Assembly (NCBI GenBank): GCA_963665325.3
Contig: CAXXWS020000002.1
Location: 704,001-768,000, forward strand
Direction of reading: 5' to 3'
Origin: Alphaproteobacteria bacterium
GTDB taxonomy: Bacteria > Pseudomonadota > Alphaproteobacteria > Bin95
Length of the DNA stretch: 64,000 bases
The notes under the pieces were generated by a model. The model ran no database searches and was not told where the DNA came from. It worked only from the letters and a program-made list of their open reading frames with translations. The position numbers and the translations under genes are program-made. Each line of letters begins with the position of its first letter. Within the stretch, counting starts at the first letter, position 1. This document shows, in pieces, positions 58,705 through 64,000 of this stretch.

Positions 58705-59289
58705 CTACCGGTTCCGCCGCATCCACCGCTCCCATTGCCGCTCTACCTTTCGCCGCTGCTGCAGCTTCCGCGCCTCGGGCAGCGGCAAGCCCCTCGCCTC
58801 GAACGTCCCCCTGCACCAGCGGGCTCTCGAATCTGCCCCGCAGCACCCGGCCCCACTGCGTCACCCGCCCCACTGCGTCACCCGCCCTTCCAGTCGGGCG
58901 GGCTCCCAGTGGGGCGAGCCGCCGAACGGAGGAGACAGGGACATGCGGGCGGTGACGAACCGCCCGTCCTCGCCTATCGCCACCCAGGGCGTCCGGTGCG
59001 GGTAGACTGGGCGCAGGTAGGGTCGGTGCGTCGGGCACGGCCAGTCCAGTCCCGACAGGGTGACGATCACGCGGGCTGGCTTGCCGTGGTAGCCGTCGAA
59101 ATGGAGCAGAGCCGCGACGAGCCCATCAGTCACCGGCAGTCCGGACGGGACGTGGATCGCCTCTACCCTGCCGTCCACGTAGGTCCGGGGCTTGCCGTCG
59201 AGCGGGAGATCGCGCGCCGCTAGAGGGGCCGCGAGCGCGCCCAATAAGCCCGCCGAAAGCGTGGTCAGGACGCGCCTCCTGGTCACCAC
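58705..59289 (-). pseudogene. secreted (Tat-like signal) hypothetical protein disrupted by a 17-bp tandem duplication
   Basis: TRRRVL..LLGALAAPLAA signal. (GCCCCACTGCGTCACCC)x2 at 58850-58883 creates the stop at 58861. The original 3' end is inferred. Confidence 0.45.
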
Positions 59290-59374
59290 GGCCGGCTACG
59301 CCCACCTTGCGGACGGGCACCTTGTCGCGGCGGCAGAACAGGTTGGCTCGATCATTGCAGCGGCTATGGAATAA
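59285..59374 (+). pseudogene. tyrosine recombinase/integrase C-terminal remnant
   Basis: TTAGYAHLADGHLVAAAEQVGSIIAAAME* contains the catalytic Tyr motif TTxxYAH. The upstream catalytic domain is absent. Confidence 0.65.
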
Positions 59375-59399
59375 GCCCAACCACGTGGTCGCAGCAGTC

Positions 59400-59475
59400 T
59401 CCTTGCAATTCCAGACTGAAAAACATGAAACATTTATATAATTTAATACAATTATCACAATAAATATACACTATC
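59400..59475 (+). promoter_or_regulatory. AT-rich promoter region of the second TbpB-like lipoprotein
   Basis: Very AT-rich island (AACATTTATATAATTTAATACAATTATCACAATAAATATA) in high-GC DNA, about 100 bp before the start. Confidence 0.45.
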
Positions 59476-59564
59476 TGCCGATGATCGGTGTTATGGTCGG
59501 TTGAGCCGAAGGCTTCGTTCTGGGCGGTTGATATTGCCCAGTGCTAATCAGGAGAGAGAGACGC

Positions 59565-60860
59565 ATGACATCCTTAGATGATCGATTGGCCCGAACTGCG
59601 ACTCTAGGCGTTGCTGCCGCATTCGCCCTGCTGACTCTTGCAGCCTGCGGTGGAGGCGGTGGAGGCGGACCCTCGTCGATGATGCCGCCCGGCGGTGGTG
59701 GCGGGAGTCAAACGATTCCGACGCGCGCTGTGGCCCTGACAGATTCGGTGACGGCGACCAACGCGGCCGCCGCAATCGCTCGGGCGGCCGAAGCCCAGCC
59801 TAGCGCCGGCAGCGTCACGCAGTCATCGAATGTCGACAGCAATAACATCACAACCGACGAGGTAGATATCACCGCGCAGTACGGGTCAGGCGGCCCCAGC
59901 TTCTCCATTCGTAACGGAACCGCGTGGTCTATCGGCACGAGCGACGGCAATCCCCGCCGGATCTCCGGTACCTCGCCGCCGTGGCAAGGCGACGAGTTGA
60001 GCAAGCGCATTAGCGGCGGCACGCTATACGTCGACGCTTATACGGACGTAGAGGCCCCCACTCAGGTCACGTCGGGCGGAACCTACGCGTTTACGTTTCC
60101 GACCATTACCGTTGGAGGTCAATTTACTAATCAAAACAGCAATATAGCCCTCCCTGCCACGCTGGATGGCGTTGCCGGCAGAGCGGCATGCACCGGTTGT
60201 TCGTTCGTATACACGACCGGACAACTTCAAATGGCGGCGGGGACGATGACGTTCACGCCCACAGATGGCTCCACTCCTACGACCCTCACGTCCGGAACGG
60301 TTACCAGCATGGTGGCGGATGCCGACTATTTGGCGGGCGGCGTGTGGCTGATTGTCCCCGACGATGCAACCAGCGCTGCCGACTTCGAGTTCGGTGCGTT
60401 CGCTGACGGCAACGATCCGTTTATGCAAAGCAACCTTGCCGCCGTCAGCGGCACCGCAACCTACGATGGGGATGCGACCGGCGTGTTTTCGGAGACCTCG
60501 GGTGGCTCCACCGAGATCGGGTACTTCGATGGCGATGTCCGGCTGACCGCGAATTTCGGAGACCCAAGCGGCCTCGGCACGATCAGCGGGTCGATCACCA
60601 ATTTCGAAGTCGACGGCTCTCCGGCAGACGGTACGTTGAATCTGGGAACCGCCGGCATCGGCTCGCAGGACAGCGGCTTCTTCAGAGGAGCGGTCACCGG
60701 TTCTGGCGATGGGCGCAGCTACACCGGCCACTGGGGCGGCCAGTTCTACGGAAACGGCGAGGCCGACGGCCGGCCGGGATCGGTTGCCGGGACGTTTGGC
60801 GGGCATTCCACGGACGATGCGGTGAACTTCGTCGGTGCCTTCGGCGCTCATAAGCAATAG
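59565..60860 (+). CDS. single-lobed TbpB-like surface lipoprotein (probable Slam substrate)
   Basis: Lipobox LTLAAC + poly-Gly. DYLAGGVWL, GTATYDGDATG, VRLTANF, WGGQFYG and VAGTFGG..FVGAFGAHKQ barrel motifs. Confidence 0.8.
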   Translation: MTSLDDRLARTATLGVAAAFALLTLAACGGGGGGGPSSMMPPGGGGGSQTIPTRAVALTDSVTATNAAAAIARAAEAQPSAGSVTQSSNVDSNNITTDEVDITAQYGSGGPSFSIRNGTAWSIGTSDGNPRRISGTSPPWQGDELSKRISGGTLYVDAYTDVEAPTQVTSGGTYAFTFPTITVGGQFTNQNSNIALPATLDGVAGRAACTGCSFVYTTGQLQMAAGTMTFTPTDGSTPTTLTSGTVTSMVADADYLAGGVWLIVPDDATSAADFEFGAFADGNDPFMQSNLAAVSGTATYDGDATGVFSETSGGSTEIGYFDGDVRLTANFGDPSGLGTISGSITNFEVDGSPADGTLNLGTAGIGSQDSGFFRGAVTGSGDGRSYTGHWGGQFYGNGEADGRPGSVAGTFGGHSTDDAVNFVGAFGAHKQ

Positions 60861-60885
60861 ACTGACCAACACGCTCCACAGACGT

Positions 60886-60920
60886 AGAAGGGCAGCCAGA
60901 CGGCTGCCCTTCTCATTTTT
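60886..60920 (+). terminator. rho-independent terminator
   Basis: AGAAGGGCAGCC-AGAC-GGCTGCCCTTCT followed by CATTTTT. Confidence 0.75.
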
Positions 60921-61219
60921 CCTCCAGCATCGAATCGTACACCAGCGTCCGCACTACCCGCAGCACCGCCGTCGGCATTGGTGTACACGCCGCTGCCGAC
61001 GGCACTGGCGGCCACAGCACGGAATTGCCGACAATGTGCGCGTTTCAGAAAGTTCCGGCCGGCAATTTCAGTAAGTCCCGGTCCGGGATGATGGGCGTAG
61101 GTGTAGGGTATCCTCGCCACTCGCCGCCCCGGCCGCCGCCTGTCCCCGCCCTCGAAGCGGGGCAGGCTGCCGGCGCGCCGTCCGGGCCCGCGAGCGGGGC
61201 CCTTACGGGCGAATTCGCT

Positions 61220-62632
61220 TCAACCCGGACAGGTCATGCTCCGGCGCAAACCGTTCGGCCGGTCCGTCTTCCGTATCAGCACGATCCGGTTGGTGTTGGT
61301 GCCCTTGCGGTTGTTGGCGACGCCCCAGCAATTCGCCGTCTTGGTGAAGCTCTGCTCGTTCACCATGACGCCCTCGACCGCGAGCGGCAGGCCGCCTGCG
61401 GCCGCCACGACATGGTCTTCGAGCAGCACCGTGCCGCCCCGAACCTCGCCGACTTCGAAAGCGAGGTAGCCGCCGGGCCGGAGCGTGCGCGCGATGTCCC
61501 GGAGGCTGGTATGGACGAAGGCCCGCCACGCTTCCGGCGTCCTGTGGGCGGCAATCGGCACCGTCTCCAGGTCGATGGCGGCGAACCAGCAGCGCAGCCA
61601 GTTGTCCGTGCGGTAGTCCACCACGTCGAGGAAAGGCGGGGAGGTGACGACGAGATCGACCGAACCGTCAGGCACGAACACCGCGTTCTGCGCCGGCGCC
61701 GTGCCGAGCAGCGCCAGCGGGTGCGGCGGCGGCTTGCCCTGGGACAGGAGCGCCCGACTCTTGCGCAGGATGAGTGCGTCCACGTCGCGCAGGGGCGGCA
61801 TCTGCTTCCGCTTCGCATTGATGAGGCGCTGGCGGTCCGCCCCCACCGCCTGGTTGGGCGGCATCGTATAGACCGAGAAGAAGCCGGGGGAATGGCCGGT
61901 CAGCCGGTTGAGGCAGACCATGCGCAGCCACCCGTCCACGGGGTCGAGCGCGCCGGACCGTTCCCGTGCGGCGAACCATGCGCGCAGCGCGGCGAGGCGG
62001 GCGAGCACCGAGTCGTGGAAGAAGGCGCGCAGGTCGTCGAACAGCGGACCTTCCGGCAGGGGAGCGGACGGCGGAATCTCGGCCAGCCGCGCGGCGACCT
62101 CCTCGAGCGGGGGCGGCGCGAGGCGCGGAGCGAGCAGCATGGCGGAGAGCGGATTGATGTCGGAGCCGACCGGCCGGCGGCCCATCAGCGCGGCCTGCAA
62201 CGGCGTCGTGCCGCGTCCCATGAAGGGGTCGTAAACCGCGTCGCCCGGCCGGGTCAGCCGCTCGATGAAGAAGGCCGGAAGCTGCGGCTTGAAGCAGGCC
62301 CGGTAGCTGACCTCATGCAACCGGCTCGCCTTCCGCTGGCCCGAGGTCCAGAACTCGTTGGTGAAACAGGGGATGCCGCTTCGCTCGTCGATGCGGGTGG
62401 TGCGTCCCCGATAGCTGAATGCGGCGAGGAGGTCGGGGAACGCCTGAGGCGGGTCCGGCGGCAAGGCCGGGACCATGCCCTCATTCGTCACCCCGGACGG
62501 CGCGCCAGCGGCGATCCGGGGTCCATCTTCCACGCTTTCAGCCCGCTTCGGGAGGCAGGGCTGGGCCCCGGCTCGGGGACCGGGGCGACGCTCTATGGTG
62601 ACCGCCGCGTTCGGTTCAGGCTGATAGGACAA
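61220..62632 (-). CDS. orphan DNA methyltransferase (N4-C/N6-A type; start may be 62476)
   Basis: Motif I VYDPFMGRGTT and motif IV VTSPPF; YRACFKPQLP. Confidence 0.85.
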   Translation of the reverse strand: MSYQPEPNAAVTIERRPGPRAGAQPCLPKRAESVEDGPRIAAGAPSGVTNEGMVPALPPDPPQAFPDLLAAFSYRGRTTRIDERSGIPCFTNEFWTSGQRKASRLHEVSYRACFKPQLPAFFIERLTRPGDAVYDPFMGRGTTPLQAALMGRRPVGSDINPLSAMLLAPRLAPPPLEEVAARLAEIPPSAPLPEGPLFDDLRAFFHDSVLARLAALRAWFAARERSGALDPVDGWLRMVCLNRLTGHSPGFFSVYTMPPNQAVGADRQRLINAKRKQMPPLRDVDALILRKSRALLSQGKPPPHPLALLGTAPAQNAVFVPDGSVDLVVTSPPFLDVVDYRTDNWLRCWFAAIDLETVPIAAHRTPEAWRAFVHTSLRDIARTLRPGGYLAFEVGEVRGGTVLLEDHVVAAAGGLPLAVEGVMVNEQSFTKTANCWGVANNRKGTNTNRIVLIRKTDRPNGLRRSMTCPG

Positions 62633-62654
62633 GGCTTAGAAAGGGCCGCTTCCG

Positions 62655-63287
62655 TCAAGTGTCCCCGGGCGCCCGCGCCAGGGCCGTGCCGATCAGGGCG
62701 TCGCGGGTGACGAGGGCGGCCAGCGCGTCTTCGTCCATGTCCTCGGTGCCTTCCGGGCGGCGGGGCAGCACGATGTAGCGAAGGTCGGCCGTGCTGTCGT
62801 GGACCCGGACCTCGACATTGGCCGGCAGTTGGGTGCCGAACTCGGCCAGCACGGCGCGCGGCTCGCGGACGACGCGGGAGCGGTAGGCCTTCTTCTTGTA
62901 CCAGGCGGGCGGCAGGCCCAGCACCATGCGCGGATAGCAGGAGCAGAGCGTGCAGACGACGACATTATGGACGCTCTCGGTGTTCTCGACGACGCGCACG
63001 GTGGGGCTGTGCTCAAGCTCGTAGCCCTCCTCCGCCAGCAGGCCGGCCGCATCCTGCATCAGCCGGGCCTTGTAGTCCGGGTCCGTCCACGCGCGGGCGA
63101 CGAGGCGGGAGCCGTTCGCCGGCGTCAGGCTGTCCATCGCCTCGATCCGGCGCTGGATGGCTTCGGCGGTGAAGACGCCTTTCTCCACCAGCAGCTCGCG
63201 AATCGCGCGCTCCAGCGGCTCGTAACCGCTCGACGGGTCGTCGGCGGCATGGGTATGGCGGTGCGCGTGAACATGGGGGTCGTTCAT
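62655..63287 (-). CDS. cobalt nitrile hydratase alpha / thiocyanate hydrolase gamma subunit
   Basis: VCTLCSCYP Co-binding motif; ARAWTDP and YRSRVVREPR; His-rich N-terminus. Confidence 0.92.
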   Translation of the reverse strand: MNDPHVHAHRHTHAADDPSSGYEPLERAIRELLVEKGVFTAEAIQRRIEAMDSLTPANGSRLVARAWTDPDYKARLMQDAAGLLAEEGYELEHSPTVRVVENTESVHNVVVCTLCSCYPRMVLGLPPAWYKKKAYRSRVVREPRAVLAEFGTQLPANVEVRVHDSTADLRYIVLPRRPEGTEDMDEDALAALVTRDALIGTALARAPGDT

Positions 63288-63571
63288 GGCTTGTCCTTCA
63301 GCGGCTGCAGCCAGTGTTCGTAAATGTCGGCCTCGAGCGTGTCCGCCGGCCCGCCGGCATACTCGCTCCAGAGATCGGCCTGCCGGAACTGGACCTGGTA
63401 TAGCGCCAGCGGCGGGTCGCCCGGCCTGAAATAGGCGAGCGCCTCCGGGTTCGGAAAGCGGCCGAGACAGGCGGTCACCACGCCTTCGCGGCCCTTCAGA
63501 TAGCCGGGCACGCGGTGATGGCCCGCATGGAAGCGGTCGTCCACCCGCACTTTCGTGCCGTTCTCGATCAC
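63284..63571 (-). CDS. nitrile hydratase beta C-terminal (SH3-like) / thiocyanate hydrolase alpha-like subunit
   Basis: GHHRVPGYLKG.EG, NPE..AY, LYQVQF..DLW and DIYEHWL motifs. GTG overlaps the upstream TGA. Confidence 0.85.
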   Translation of the reverse strand: MIENGTKVRVDDRFHAGHHRVPGYLKGREGVVTACLGRFPNPEALAYFRPGDPPLALYQVQFRQADLWSEYAGGPADTLEADIYEHWLQPLKDKP

Positions 63572-63864
63572 GGCGGCGGTTCTCCTTCGCTCGCGAGCCG
63601 CGCCTCGATATCGGCGCGGTCCAGAATGTTCAGCGACTCCAGTTCGCGACGCAACGCCGCCAGCCGGCGGTCGTACCAGGCGGCGCCCTCGGAGGAGTCG
63701 TCGCGCAATGCCTCCATCGTCCGGCGGTGCGCCTCGACAAGCTCCGCCTCGCCGCTGTCCGCAAGCAGGGAAAGCAAAGCCTCCACCCGCCGCTCGTAAA
63801 GCGTCGGCTGGCGCGGCATCGCCGCCGCGTCGATTTCGGCCGAACCGTGCATGGCGGCAATCAT
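63568..63864 (-). CDS. nitrile hydratase beta N-terminal-like / thiocyanate hydrolase beta-like subunit
   Basis: YERRVEAL..LL...HRRTMEAL...WYDRRLAAL...L..ADIEARL pattern; coupled to the next gene. Confidence 0.7.
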   Translation of the reverse strand: MIAAMHGSAEIDAAAMPRQPTLYERRVEALLSLLADSGEAELVEAHRRTMEALRDDSSEGAAWYDRRLAALRRELESLNILDRADIEARLASEGEPPP

Positions 63865-63935
63865 AGCCGCGCCTATGCGCCCGGAACAGACTGTGCAAAA
63901 CTGCGCCCGCGTGAGTTTTTCGAGGAGGAATGCCG

Positions 63936-64000
63936 ATGTCCGAGCGCCACACCACCCGCCTGAAACGCCTTGTGCAGGCGCCCGAAATCCTGGTCGCGCC
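63936..64000 (+). CDS. isocitrate lyase/PEP mutase family protein, N-terminus (partial)
   Basis: GAGGAGG RBS; MSERHTTRLKRLVQAPEILVAP. Confidence 0.5.
   Translation, partial: MSERHTTRLKRLVQAPEILVA

Noticed and set aside
58212-59378. Complete IS bounded by GGGCTTAT inverted repeats
   Set aside because: Only 8 bp match, no target-site duplication and no transposase. The right motif overlaps the stop codon of the integrase remnant.
59420-59470. Fur box
   Set aside because: AT-rich with a partial AATTATCA match only; a 19-bp inverted consensus is not convincing.
60920-61200. tRNA or att site after the lipoprotein terminator
   Set aside because: No cloverleaf or T-loop consensus and no matching direct repeat found by eye.

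Overview
High-GC window, most likely from an alphaproteobacterial (Rhodospirillales-like) chromosome, judged from the rpsF-rpsR-DUF2232-rplI block, DUF1491, the HNH family and REP-like palindromes. A host-associated lifestyle (e.g. marine invertebrate symbiont) is only an inference. The centre is mostly housekeeping and catabolic genes: TctABC, acyl-CoA dehydrogenase, FO synthase, fabD, tandem cfa, thiolase/DUF35, ettA, rhlE, phoX, lpxB and a Dpp/Opp-type ABC transporter. Both ends are accessory. The left end (1-7.1 kb) has a Slam plus bilobed TbpB-like lipoprotein pair, a 7-bp VNTR beside a broken cold-shock gene, two RHH genes next to an array of seven palindromic TTRTG-N9-CAYAA sites, and a truncated tauD at the junction. 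The right end (57.7-64 kb) has integrase/IS debris, a second TbpB-like lipoprotein, an orphan DNA methyltransferase and a three-gene thiocyanate-hydrolase-like (split-beta nitrile hydratase) cluster. The most unusual signal is a dispersed modular element that no feature list explains: an extended -10 promoter-like motif with a 15-bp spacer, a conserved GC-rich structured leader (32-nt core identical in two copies), an RBS, a variable ORF (a solo terminase-small-subunit-like protein in one copy, a 38-aa peptide in the other) and 10-bp-phased CATGACA repeats that contain the stop codon. It occurs at 16.6-17.9 kb (+) and 57.75-58.2 kb (-), with partial copies at 56.5 kb and 31.85 kb. All calls come from reading the sequence and motifs; no database searches were run.
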